Of a stretch of DNA of 64,000 bases, positions 1 to 9,224 are shown piece by piece; position 1 is the first letter of the stretch, and the number at the start of each line of letters is the position of its first letter. Where the stretch lies: positions 145,702 through 209,701 of the IMG/VR virus record IMGVR_UViG_3300020179_000005; one strand, written 5' to 3'. The translations under genes and the position numbers were made by a program. Below the pieces are notes generated by a model. The model was not told where the DNA came from. It did no database searches and saw nothing but the letters and a program-made list of their open reading frames with translations.

Positions 1-1315
1 AGTCGATAAAAATGGATTCAAACCATTGTGGGGGCAATCTCTTTCTCAGCAATTGAAATTCAAGTTTCTACAGGGTGAAGTACAGATTTTGGTCAATGAT
101 GCGTATCGTTGTCTAGAAAAGGTATACAAGAAGACAGACATTTTGCCAATTTGTGAAAACCTGTCATTTGACAGAATTTTCCCAGACGAATACAATAGTT
201 TGAGCTACCCCATGCCGACTCAACTGTATGGAATAACTCAAGATCAGTTGCGTTATCTTTCTGGTGCCAAAAACATTCACCAAGCATTAAATAATGCTTT
301 TGGTACTCCTGTAGAGAAAATGGGCAAAGAAGAATCACGGTATATCTTTCTTGAGATTCCTATCAAAGAAAATTCTGGAATTACAAGAAGAGCATTTGGT
401 GGGCAACAACAATTCAAGCATTGGCACCATTTGTGCTCGGCCATTCAAATGGTCAGAATGTTCAAAGCATTTGGACTTAATTTCTTTGAACAAATGAAGA
501 TTGATTTTGTTCTGCCACCAATACCTGTAATGCACAAGGTTGAAAGACTTGGAGGCGATCAGAATTATGCGATATACCCAATAAGAACAGGGTCTAATCC
601 GGGGAATTACCGTATATACAATGACATACAGAACATGCAAAAGTACTTCAAGACCTTTGGTGCAACAACTGCATACAAGAATCAAATCTTGCAGACTTTT
701 ACATGGGACGAAACTGATACAAAGAAGCTGGAAGAGCTCGCAAAAGAACCACATCGCACCCACGCCACCGCAGCGTGTGAGCGTCAGAATCAGATCTATC
801 ATCTATTAAATCAAGTTGCTGACACTCTTTCTTCATTGAAGAAAATTCCTGTTGGAAATCGCAGAAAAGCGGTTATTGAACAGGTAAAGAGGCAGAAGTA
901 TGACTTTGATCAAACTCACGATTACGTAGTTACAGAAGCAATGAAATACAAGAATGAAGCCAGGCCAACGAAAAATACCAGGTTGATCAATTCGTTCGAT
1001 GGCAAAGAAATCATTGATGGAGTAATCTTCAGGGCTCCTAAGACCACGCATGATCTTTACCTGTGGGGTACACAACAGAACAACTGCATCGGAACTTCTT
1101 GGGCAGAAGTTGTTGCCGACAGATATCAATTCATCGTTGGCTTTGAATATGCAGATACGGGTAAGTGGATTGGACATGCAAGGTTCGTACTCCTTGATTC
1201 CGGCAAAGAGCTTGAAATTCAAGAGTTTCGAGGTAAGGGTGAAGAGCCACGAGAAGATCTACGTAAAGAGCTTGTCAAGTGGATGAAGAGCAATTTGGTA
1301 AAGAAGGAAAACTAA
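1..1315 (+). CDS. PcfJ-like domain protein (5' end truncated by window edge)
   Basis: The frame is open from the window start. The C-terminal HDLYLWGTQQNNCIG...EIQEFRGKG resembles the PcfJ 'L..EG..m.hCv' motif. Confidence 0.55.
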   Translation, partial: VDKNGFKPLWGQSLSQQLKFKFLQGEVQILVNDAYRCLEKVYKKTDILPICENLSFDRIFPDEYNSLSYPMPTQLYGITQDQLRYLSGAKNIHQALNNAFGTPVEKMGKEESRYIFLEIPIKENSGITRRAFGGQQQFKHWHHLCSAIQMVRMFKAFGLNFFEQMKIDFVLPPIPVMHKVERLGGDQNYAIYPIRTGSNPGNYRIYNDIQNMQKYFKTFGATTAYKNQILQTFTWDETDTKKLEELAKEPHRTHATAACERQNQIYHLLNQVADTLSSLKKIPVGNRRKAVIEQVKRQKYDFDQTHDYVVTEAMKYKNEARPTKNTRLINSFDGKEIIDGVIFRAPKTTHDLYLWGTQQNNCIGTSWAEVVADRYQFIVGFEYADTGKWIGHARFVLLDSGKELEIQEFRGKGEEPREDLRKELVKWMKSNLVKKEN

Positions 1316-1344
1316 TAAATATTCTTTAGCCGACTGATATAAGA

Positions 1345-1388
1345 CTAGTATATTTAACTACATTACTAGTCTTTTTTTTTATGACTAG
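1345..1388 (+). promoter_or_regulatory. early-region intergenic motif copy (30-mer plus TTTATGACTAG)
   Basis: CTAGTATATTTAACTACATTACTAGTCTTT (1345-1374) is 28/30 identical to 2009-2038. It is followed by TTTATGACTAG. Confidence 0.6.
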
Positions 1389-1431
1389 GAATATGGTTTC
1401 CTAGTCAAGGGTCTTAGGAGGGCCCAAAACA

Positions 1432-1971
1432 ATGAAAGCAAACCGCTACTACATCGCTGGGACTGGCTCTCGTGAGCTGATTCTGGATGTTGACAAGCGT
1501 CGTGAGGTCCGTGATTATCTTGCGGACCTTCTGACAAAGGCAAAGGAAAAGCATGGTGACAAGTTGATTGTCATCAGCGGAATGGCAGAAGGCTTTGATG
1601 AAGCACTTGCTCGTGCTGCAATCATGGCTGATGTGTCGTTTATCGCGGCAATTCCCAGCCCTGATTACATTGAGTACTACTGGGGTAAAACCAGTATGCT
1701 CAGGCGTAACAGAATGAGTGAAGCACAGGAAATCCTGTCAAAGGCACAAGAAATCGTTTACGTGTGCCCATCAAGCCCAAGCAAACGTGGCAATGGCGTT
1801 AAGTATCCGCAAAACGGTGGTGCAAACATCGACCGAAACGAGTGGATGGTCGACCATGCAAACATTGTCTGGGTGTACAATCCAACTACTCCAGGTACCG
1901 CTAGGTGCTATGCCTACCTCAAGAAGGTTGGCAAGCCCGCATTTATCATTGACACCACTAAAAAGCTTTAA
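1432..1971 (+). CDS. SLOG-superfamily (YspA/DUF1273-like) protein
   Basis: Motifs IAGTGSR, VISGMAEGFDEALA, FIAAIP, RNEWMVDHA, PGTARCYAY. Confidence 0.75.
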   Translation: MKANRYYIAGTGSRELILDVDKRREVRDYLADLLTKAKEKHGDKLIVISGMAEGFDEALARAAIMADVSFIAAIPSPDYIEYYWGKTSMLRRNRMSEAQEILSKAQEIVYVCPSSPSKRGNGVKYPQNGGANIDRNEWMVDHANIVWVYNPTTPGTARCYAYLKKVGKPAFIIDTTKKL

Positions 1972-2008
1972 CCAGCTAATTGGTTGGTAATAAGGGATCT
2001 ATATATGG

Positions 2009-2054
2009 CTAGTAAATTTAACTATATTACTAGTCTTTTATTTTTTATGGTTAG
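2009..2054 (+). promoter_or_regulatory. early-region intergenic motif copy
   Basis: Near-identical to 1345-1388. Confidence 0.6.
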
Positions 2055-2094
2055 CCATCCGGCTACCAAAATCAACAATGGGGAGGAAAAACCC

Positions 2095-2526
2095 ATGAGT
2101 AAGCGGTTTGATCAAGAAATACAGAAGGCAATACAGAAGGGTTACGTTGAAGGACTGACCATCAAGTGCGAGCGATGTGCTGGCACTGGATTGTGGCCAA
2201 CCATCGAAGATCCGGAAGGCTTGCACCACAAGTGCTTTCGGTGCGATGGAACTGGACAAGTTCAGATAATGAGCATCGCGCAAGTTGCACTCATCAGGAA
2301 ACTGATGTATGTGGACCAAGTTATTGCCAGGGAGTCCGCTTTCGGAGGCACTACCGCGCAATGGTCACGTATCGAATACAAGATGGCTGGCCATTTGGCT
2401 GGCATGCCCTATCTGTCAATGGCAGAAGGCAGAAAAATCATTGGTGAACTGATGAACTCGAAGAAGACCAAGGAAAAAGAAAGCCTTGATCAATGCGAGA
2501 TCGACTTCGGTCACATCTACGAATAA
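2095..2526 (+). CDS. hypothetical protein with CxxCxGxG zinc-finger pair
   Basis: CERCAGTG and CFRCDGTG. Start reassigned to the ATG after GGGAGG. Confidence 0.7.
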   Translation: MSKRFDQEIQKAIQKGYVEGLTIKCERCAGTGLWPTIEDPEGLHHKCFRCDGTGQVQIMSIAQVALIRKLMYVDQVIARESAFGGTTAQWSRIEYKMAGHLAGMPYLSMAEGRKIIGELMNSKKTKEKESLDQCEIDFGHIYE

Positions 2527-2550
2527 CAAGGCAAGCAAGAAAAGAAGAAG

Positions 2551-2572
2551 GGGTCCAAAAGGGCCCCTTTTT
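2551..2572 (+). terminator. intrinsic terminator
   Basis: GGGTCC-AAAA-GGGCCC followed by a T-run. Confidence 0.6.
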
Positions 2573-2573
2573 C

Positions 2574-2591
2574 TTTATGACTAGTACTTAG
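2574..2591 (+). promoter_or_regulatory. 18-mer TTTATGACTAGTACTTAG (candidate phage promoter)
   Basis: Exact repeat at 3073-3090. Each copy lies just after a terminator and just upstream of a gene. Confidence 0.6.
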
Positions 2592-2671
2592 ACTTCAAGT
2601 ATCAGTCAGGGTTGAAGTGTCGTTTCCCAAATCAAAAATGACGCAATGTACATCCATACAAGGAGGATGAC

Positions 2672-2989
2672 ATGAACAAGCAAATCAAGTGCGGTGCCTG
2701 CGGGCATACGCACCCGACCGTGGCAGAGGTATTCAGCTGCCACAACACACTGGGGGTTTTCAAACTCCAGGAAGCGGATGAACTGGCGAAAGACATGCCA
2801 AAGCGCCAGTTCGTCAAGACTCCAAAGGCACAGGAGCCCAAGACCTACCAGGTCCATGTGTTCCCGACCAAGGAGGGCGCCGAGGCATTCATTGCCAAAA
2901 CGCCAAAGACCCGACTCGGAACGACGAAAGTCAAGTACGTGGACGGACAGCCCGAGAAGACCTATCAGGTCATCGAGAGCTTGAAGTAA
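2672..2989 (+). CDS. hypothetical protein, N-terminal CxxCxxxH Zn ribbon
   Basis: GGAGGA SD; CGACGHTH...C. Confidence 0.7.
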   Translation: MNKQIKCGACGHTHPTVAEVFSCHNTLGVFKLQEADELAKDMPKRQFVKTPKAQEPKTYQVHVFPTKEGAEAFIAKTPKTRLGTTKVKYVDGQPEKTYQVIESLK

Positions 2990-3050
2990 TAACCTAGCAG
3001 GGGAAAGAAGTCACCCCTGCAAACCAAGAGTCGGGTTCAGCCGACAGTAG

Positions 3051-3070
3051 AAGGGGCTTCGGCCCCTTTT
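3051..3070 (+). terminator. intrinsic terminator (third of three tandem hairpins from about 2997)
   Basis: AAGGGGC-TTCG-GCCCCTT-TT. Confidence 0.8.
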
Positions 3071-3072
3071 AC

Positions 3073-3090
3073 TTTATGACTAGTACTTAG
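3073..3090 (+). promoter_or_regulatory. 18-mer TTTATGACTAGTACTTAG (candidate phage promoter)
   Basis: Exact copy of 2574-2591, upstream of the 880-aa polymerase gene. Confidence 0.6.
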
Positions 3091-3137
3091 GTCTCTATTC
3101 TGAGGCCGCTAGTAGCTCAAGAGAAAGGAAACTCATC

Positions 3138-5780
3138 ATGAGCGCAATCAACCAAGCGGTGAAGGGCGAAATCCCGATCATCGCATTCCTGTCAGGAAAG
3201 TGGCGAATCCTGACCAACAATCCCAGGGCACACGAAAAGTCTGCTCTGGAACTGTTCAGGGATACCAAAGAGCCAATCCAAGTCCAGACACGGACTCCAC
3301 AAGGTAGGACAATTTCCAACTACCTGATGGAAATCCACAATGGAACCTGGATCTACCCTGCGTTGAGCAAGTTGAACAAAAGAGGATTCACATTCCGACT
3401 TGGTTCAATCTCAATCAGTGACCTAAAGCATGAAATCAAGTTGAAGAGGACCAATATCGACCTGTTGGTTGATGGATCCACTTTTGCTTGGGCAAATGCG
3501 ACCTATGCATTCTTCCTTTACATCGATGGAATGGATCGTGAGATCTTCAGCCTCGAGGCAATGGACATGATTGCACTGGATGCAAAGAAGACACCAAAGC
3601 GACTGCAAGAAGTTGGTCGTTCATGCCAGATGTACAAGTCTGGTAAGTTCGACGAACTGAGCTGCTTGATGTTGGTGGACCCCAGCAATGAAATCCCAGA
3701 AGCTGAACATGATCACGGACCGGGTAACTGGCCTGCTGCTCGTGAAGAAGTCACCCTGGAGATGAGCCCTGATGGCAATAATTGCAATCCGTACGACGGA
3801 CCAATCATTGTCAGTCAGAGCTTCTTGCGGGAGATGTGCTACAAGATGGAAGAAGGTCATGAAAAGCGCCGTATGATTGCAATGATCATGGGCAACAAGA
3901 TTGACCGGTTCATCTTCCGACTGAGGACTCCGTACGGACTCGTAAAGGGTTTGGGTTTGTGCAGGCCTGACAGGGTGATGTCTCATGATGTCATCTTCCA
4001 CAGCAGTGCAATCAAGCCGGAGTTCCATTCGGATGGCAACAACTATCTGGCAACGGCGTTCATTCACGAGAACATCCACACGGCGATGTGGGACATGCAG
4101 AGCACGTTCCACAATCACGATTGGTTGTTCACCGAAGAGCGTTTCGTTCAGGACTCAGAGTCATTGGTGGATGACATCACCAAATCGTTCGCAGACAACA
4201 AAGTGCCGGACTTCATCTTGCACCAAGTAAAGTTTGCTCATGACGAAGCTGGTGTGCACCACGAAGAACCTGTAGTGGCTGGTTGGAAGACCGCTGTTGT
4301 CAGGTGGCTTGAGGCAGGGAATGATCTGTCTGCTTCTGCTTGCTTTAACAGGCTGGCGATTGGTTCTGTAGAAATGCAGATGCAATCAGCACGAGACAAC
4401 AACCGTTGGTGGCTGCCAATGAGCAATGCATTCATGGCAACCGTCAACACCTATGCTGCCTTGGAGCACATGGCGATGATGGACCTTCCGGAAGAGAAGC
4501 GCAATTGTGTCTTCTATCTGGAGAATGTTGGTGTGGTAATTCCCACCGACAGGTTCGTTGATACCGCTGTGTTGCATGACACATGGGATCAAGACGGTGA
4601 TCAAGCCAAGTTCATCTGGATCAAAATCTGGTGCAGCCAGTATGGTCGAGAGAAACTGGAGAAGCTGTATTCGGACTCGGTACTGCCAGTCAACATGATT
4701 GTGCCAGAGACACCGGAGGAAGCCATCGACGTCTGCGTAGTGATTCGTTCACCAAACGGACCAGGTGGGTACAGCATTGAGTGGTTTGATGCAGAGACCA
4801 TGCCATGGCACAGGCGTAATGACGAGCGGGTTCCGGTCATCGACTTGAACACTGCTCCATTCGGCATGTCGACTTTGCTGGAGACCTCTGAGCGAGGAGA
4901 GATTCCTCATTCAGTGGAGTACACCAGCAGGATGATCACACGAGACAACGTCAAACGGATGATCAGGGCACAGTTGGTAAATCCCAACGTAGGTACGTAT
5001 GCCAACTTGATCATGGCTTACTCTGCAATCATGGGAGTGAGCTATCCTGAGTGGCTGCCGGCAAACAGCAACGATGTGATCGACACCAATCAACAGGAGG
5101 CGGACATCGATTCCTTCCTCTACCTGAAGTTTGGAATGTTGCACATGCAAAAGTTGATCGTGAATGAAATCATTCGCGAACAGGTGCCTGTTGACAAGTT
5201 CGTGTTCAAGACACGTCTGTCGATTGGCATGGACGAAACAGATCAGGACATGCTTGAGGACATTCTGGTGGATGGCAAATTCACCCGTATGGACAATGTG
5301 AACAAGCACACCCTGGATCAAGTCAAGAAGATGATCGTTGAAGTTTCATTCGGTCGTCGTCTGGAATCTGAAACTCGTCAGTTGGTCATGGACAAATTGT
5401 CGATAGTCAAGCCGGAACACGTCGAATGGGCAAGTGGACTCTTCAAGGAGTTCGATGTGCGCCTCAAGCGTGCAGATGCAAAGTACCACTCCTCAGTGGC
5501 CAAGGCCGGTAAACTCGGGTTCAACAGCAAGTATCTCAAGATGTTTGCCGAAACCGAGCGCAGCAGGGAAATTGGCGATATTCAATCGGACCTGTACAAC
5601 AGGATCAATTCACACACAGCACCAGAAAAGTGGGCTGTACTGCTGTACCGGTACATCGTGGATCCGAGCCTGAACTCTGGCAAGTACGGTCTCAGTGACC
5701 GGATCATCTTCCAGAATGGCCAGGAAGGACAACCCACGGTCATGGACCTGTTGATCCAAGGTTTGGCTGACCTCAAGTAA
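3138..5780 (+). CDS. single-subunit two-barrel RNA polymerase candidate (YonO / cellular RdRP-like), paralog A
   Basis: YDGPIIVS (DG.g.iS motif), RLRTPYGLVKG (R...G.KG), WDQDGDQ (DxDGD, nt 4587-4601), VVIRSPNG, NVGTYAN, and NDVID appear in the order expected of cRdRP-like polymerases, except that RSP follows DxDGD. Collinear similarity to 14473-17058. Confidence 0.75.
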   Translation: MSAINQAVKGEIPIIAFLSGKWRILTNNPRAHEKSALELFRDTKEPIQVQTRTPQGRTISNYLMEIHNGTWIYPALSKLNKRGFTFRLGSISISDLKHEIKLKRTNIDLLVDGSTFAWANATYAFFLYIDGMDREIFSLEAMDMIALDAKKTPKRLQEVGRSCQMYKSGKFDELSCLMLVDPSNEIPEAEHDHGPGNWPAAREEVTLEMSPDGNNCNPYDGPIIVSQSFLREMCYKMEEGHEKRRMIAMIMGNKIDRFIFRLRTPYGLVKGLGLCRPDRVMSHDVIFHSSAIKPEFHSDGNNYLATAFIHENIHTAMWDMQSTFHNHDWLFTEERFVQDSESLVDDITKSFADNKVPDFILHQVKFAHDEAGVHHEEPVVAGWKTAVVRWLEAGNDLSASACFNRLAIGSVEMQMQSARDNNRWWLPMSNAFMATVNTYAALEHMAMMDLPEEKRNCVFYLENVGVVIPTDRFVDTAVLHDTWDQDGDQAKFIWIKIWCSQYGREKLEKLYSDSVLPVNMIVPETPEEAIDVCVVIRSPNGPGGYSIEWFDAETMPWHRRNDERVPVIDLNTAPFGMSTLLETSERGEIPHSVEYTSRMITRDNVKRMIRAQLVNPNVGTYANLIMAYSAIMGVSYPEWLPANSNDVIDTNQQEADIDSFLYLKFGMLHMQKLIVNEIIREQVPVDKFVFKTRLSIGMDETDQDMLEDILVDGKFTRMDNVNKHTLDQVKKMIVEVSFGRRLESETRQLVMDKLSIVKPEHVEWASGLFKEFDVRLKRADAKYHSSVAKAGKLGFNSKYLKMFAETERSREIGDIQSDLYNRINSHTAPEKWAVLLYRYIVDPSLNSGKYGLSDRIIFQNGQEGQPTVMDLLIQGLADLK

Positions 5781-6038
5781 TTAATCCTTTATTGATTGTG
5801 AATACCTATGGGTATTCTAAATAGGTCTCTCTGGCTGGCTAGGCTCTAGGTTGCTTGGCTGGCTTGGGTTGTTGCGTGTTGACTCTTCTTACGGGTCTAA
5901 CGCGCAAAATAGGGGTCTTTCCCCGTTTGGCGTTGCTGAACGGGTTTGACTCTGAAAATAGGGGCTCATTCCCGAGCCTCTTCAGGCGGTCACTGCCTGC
6001 GTAAGAAAGTGGCAAAGCGGTCAAGGAGCCGCAGCAAT

Positions 6039-6551
6039 ATGAAGCAGATACTGAAGGCGCTCTACGCCAACAATGATTGGCAGGAGCGAGTGAACACCGA
6101 GACGGGCAAGCGATTCTGGCAGGTGCTAGTTGGGCCTGTTGGCTTTGATGCCGTTTCGGCGGAAGACCGTCAGGTCAACGCGTACAACTGGGCAATCAAC
6201 GAAGATGACCAGTTGACCGTGGAAGTGGACGGTGCCAAGCACTCAGTGAACCTGAAGTCCTATGTGGACGAAGTGGTTCGCAGTGCGACTGGTGGAATCA
6301 ACCCGAAGGGTGTGTTGCGCGTCTTGTGCGACGACATCGTGCTGGGGAAGGCCACCGAGTTGACCTACAAGGATGGCAGCGTCCACCCGCAAATCACGGT
6401 GTACCCCGTGAACTTCGTGGTTGAGACCTACCAGCGGAGCAGGCCAGCAGCGGTGAAGATGGACAACGCAGCGTTCGCAGCGCTGAAGAGTCGGATGTCG
6501 CAGCCGACGCGGCCAGTGGTGGTCGCTGAGAGCAGTGACGCACCGTTCTGA
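6039..6551 (+). CDS. hypothetical protein ending in SSDAPF (SSB-like C-terminal tail)
   Basis: AAGGAG SD before ATG 6039; GC3-rich coding; followed by a terminator. Confidence 0.7.
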   Translation: MKQILKALYANNDWQERVNTETGKRFWQVLVGPVGFDAVSAEDRQVNAYNWAINEDDQLTVEVDGAKHSVNLKSYVDEVVRSATGGINPKGVLRVLCDDIVLGKATELTYKDGSVHPQITVYPVNFVVETYQRSRPAAVKMDNAAFAALKSRMSQPTRPVVVAESSDAPF

Positions 6552-6568
6552 CCGAACGGCGGAATGTG

Positions 6569-6598
6569 TTGGTGGGGGGGCTTCGGCCCCCCTGCCAA
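6569..6598 (+). terminator. GC-rich hairpin terminator
   Basis: GGGGGGC-TTCG-GCCCCCC within a longer stem. Confidence 0.7.
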
Positions 6599-6767
6599 TA
6601 AAAAATTGGTCTAGGTATATAGGTTCTTGCTATCCCTCCTTGGGGACACCCAGTCCGGCGGTGCTATGCACTTCTCACCGTCGGGCTGGGTCGTCTTTTC
6701 GTGTGGGTGCTTGAATGGTAATACAAAAAAAATAGGGGTAACATCCAAGTCAACAGTGGAGGGCATC

Positions 6768-6974
6768 ATGCCTAAGCAATCAGTGAATCCAGTAATTCCG
6801 TTTGAAGTAATGATTCCCAAGCGGGGAGATAGGTCTCAGGTGTTGGCGGAAATCGTCAGCATCGTCGAGAACGCACCTTCTTCCAAGTGGGACAAGTACC
6901 AAAGTGCAGAACAAGAGTTCCATCTCTTCAATGTGATGGCAGCTTCCTCAATCCCGGAGGACAATAACGTATAA
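6768..6974 (+). CDS. small hypothetical protein
   Basis: GGAGG SD before ATG 6768. Confidence 0.55.
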   Translation: MPKQSVNPVIPFEVMIPKRGDRSQVLAEIVSIVENAPSSKWDKYQSAEQEFHLFNVMAASSIPEDNNV

Positions 6975-6979
6975 GATGT

Positions 6980-7450
6980 TTCCCTGTACAACCGTAATCA
7001 CATGCAGGGTTATGCCATCGGGCGAAGAACCGATGTTAGCGGAGAATGGTTGGATTGTCCGGGTTTATTCTGTGTCGGCCCTTAAGTGGAAGTACGTACA
7101 GGATAGACGAAACTTATTGTGAACTGGGCTGGCCCGTCCCAAAGGATGTCGGAGTCTGTTGATATCTTCGGAGCAACAGACAGGGCGCTATTAATGGGAG
7201 ATTGATGTCCCGTGGATACATCAATGGTGTAATTGCAGCATCAGACAGCTCTTGCTGACATACCAAGTAGACAAAGTGCAGTAGTATGTCACAGAATTAA
7301 AAGTGGGGAAGGCGTTCGCAACTCCCCATGGTTATGGGACTGGCTTAAATGCCGGGCCATTGACGGGTTTCGGTTCAACCGAGTAATGTCCCATCTGGCT
7401 GACCCACCTACGGCGAACCTAGTGGGTGGGGCGCAAGCCCTGCCCACTCG
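6980..7450 (+). ncRNA. candidate large structured non-coding RNA (~470 nt), family unknown
   Basis: At least nine adjacent stems, including a cUUCGg loop (7166-7171) and a GCAA tetraloop (7433-7436). No credible ORF with an RBS. Strand is assumed from the tetraloops and the flanking genes. Confidence 0.65.
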
Positions 7451-7525
7451 ATAATAATATATAAAAAAATTTTTTATTAGCTTATAATTCTAAAAATTTA
7501 CACTAGAAAAATAGGGGGGTGTTTC

Positions 7526-7747
7526 ATGACGCAAGAATGGACAGATTTGGTGCCCAAGTGCACCATACACAATGTTCCGATGAGAGTAAAACAACTGACA
7601 CTCACTGAAGAACGCGAAGTTCGTGATTGTGACCTGATCATTGACGACACGCGCAAACACTGGGTTTGTGATTCGTGCCGCATTGTTTGGGTTTCCATCA
7701 TTGAGAACAACGAGATGAATGTACTTGGTATTCCAAGGTCGCACTAA
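7526..7747 (+). CDS. small Cys-containing hypothetical protein
   Basis: AGGGGGGT SD; C-x2-H and C-x2-C pairs. Confidence 0.6.
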   Translation: MTQEWTDLVPKCTIHNVPMRVKQLTLTEEREVRDCDLIIDDTRKHWVCDSCRIVWVSIIENNEMNVLGIPRSH

Positions 7748-7761
7748 AAATAGGGGTAATT

Positions 7762-7938
7762 ATGAAATATGTGTTATTGCCAGTAATGTGGAAAATAAAG
7801 AATGCTTGTTGGCGCATAGCCGTCAAATTGAGCAAACTTGAATACACGATACTTGATCGTATCGATGCAATTGATCCCCACTATGCCGATAGGCAGTGGG
7901 CTAAGAAAATATTCAACAAAAACAAAGGGGTAAAGTAA
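7762..7938 (+). CDS. small hypothetical protein (58 aa, below ORF-track cutoff)
   Basis: AGGGG SD; MKYVLLPVMW...; stop overlaps the next ATG (TAATG). Confidence 0.5.
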   Translation: MKYVLLPVMWKIKNACWRIAVKLSKLEYTILDRIDAIDPHYADRQWAKKIFNKNKGVK

Positions 7939-8144
7939 TGTCATCATGGAAGTTAACCAAAGCAGTAATGCGTGCTCAACTAATCTGGATGGTCATCGCA
8001 TTTTCGGTAATGTTCATCGTCGGTTTGTTTGTGACCAAGGACAAGGTTCCAAGCAAAAGGACCAAGGATGGTTTCAAGACCGAAGAGATGCAGTCCGTCT
8101 ACGATCACTATCTGAATAAGGAGATGAAGTATGGCAAGTCCTGA
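7938..8144 (+). CDS. small membrane protein
   Basis: One hydrophobic segment, LIWMVIAFSVMFIVGLFV. Confidence 0.6.
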   Translation: MSSWKLTKAVMRAQLIWMVIAFSVMFIVGLFVTKDKVPSKRTKDGFKTEEMQSVYDHYLNKEMKYGKS

Positions 8145-8265
8145 AAACACCAAATGGTGGAAGGAATCCGAACGCTTGAAGGAAAAAAACAAGCGTCGTT
8201 CTGCCCGCCGCAAAGCAAATCCCGGTTTCCATAATCCCAGAGCCAAAAAGAAAGAGAGTGAATAA
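8131..8265 (+). CDS. small basic protein (44 aa)
   Basis: GGAG SD; MASPENTKWWKESERLKEKNKRRSARRK...; TAATG coupling to the next gene. Confidence 0.45.
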   Translation: MASPENTKWWKESERLKEKNKRRSARRKANPGFHNPRAKKKESE

Positions 8266-8585
8266 TGTACATATTCCACGAAAACCAATACGACACCGAT
8301 AGCAGCAGTATCTACGGGTTCTTTGTCTACCGCAAAGACGGAAAGTCCATGCCCAAGGGTATGATCACTTCGTTCAATGCGATGTGGTACAAAGCCTTGG
8401 ATAGGTTCCCTTCTTTCAGCCAGATCGAGTTCGCCGTTCAATCACCAACTGGTGACTCGTCAGACCACTTCGACTACACGATGCCCTGTGCGAATTTCGA
8501 ACAGGCAAAAGCCATTGTGGACAACTATCGTGCAGGCTTGTACGAAATGCTGGGTGAAATTCGTAAAGAGGAGTTGTACTCATGA
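8265..8585 (+). CDS. hypothetical protein
   Basis: Translationally coupled ORF with coding-like codon usage. Confidence 0.6.
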   Translation: MYIFHENQYDTDSSSIYGFFVYRKDGKSMPKGMITSFNAMWYKALDRFPSFSQIEFAVQSPTGDSSDHFDYTMPCANFEQAKAIVDNYRAGLYEMLGEIRKEELYS

Positions 8586-8930
8586 AACCGATCACTAAAA
8601 TTGGTTTGATCGTCACCACGATTGCATTCCTAATTTCTGGTGCAGCATACAAGTTCCGGCGAAAGCCGGGCTTGTAATGCTGTTACCGGGAATATTCACG
8701 GCAATCATTCTAAATCTTATTGTCATAGTCTTGGTCGGATTGGCCAAGGTTAATGACGATAGAAAAAAATAACACTAGCCTTCCTGTTTTAAAAATTCCT
8801 AGGAAAATAGGGGTCATATTGAAGGGAGGTGATGCGTGTTTGATTGGTTGTTCGATCTAATCACTGAACTAATAGATGCAATATTCGGAACATATGAAGA
8901 ATTCTAACAACAAAAGAAAGAGGTAATGTC

Positions 8931-9131
8931 ATGCGTAAGTTAGGTAAACTGTTGGGCAAGACAACCGCCCAAACAAAGAACCTCGCCAAGTCCACCAAGA
9001 GTGGTGGTAAGGCTGCGATCAGCAAGACAAAGTCAACATTGGTAACGGCCAAAGACGACTTCGTTGCTGGTTACAAGGAACAGGCTGGTGGAGAAAGTTC
9101 CTCACCAATCGTTCCTGAATCAGGCGATTGA
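8931..9131 (+). CDS. small Lys-rich hypothetical protein
   Basis: GAGG SD; ORF. Confidence 0.55.
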   Translation: MRKLGKLLGKTTAQTKNLAKSTKSGGKAAISKTKSTLVTAKDDFVAGYKEQAGGESSSPIVPESGD

Positions 9132-9224
9132 AATACAAAATAGGGGATCGTTCAGCAGTGAACTTTCCTTCAGCAATACATCATATCATATCAAACAATA
9201 AAACACAAAGGAAAAAAACATATT

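Noticed and set aside
6980-7450. Group I/II intron, RNase P or tmRNA identity for the structured region
   Set aside because: I could not find P7/domain V, the RNase P P4 or tRNA-like signatures, and the region does not interrupt a gene.
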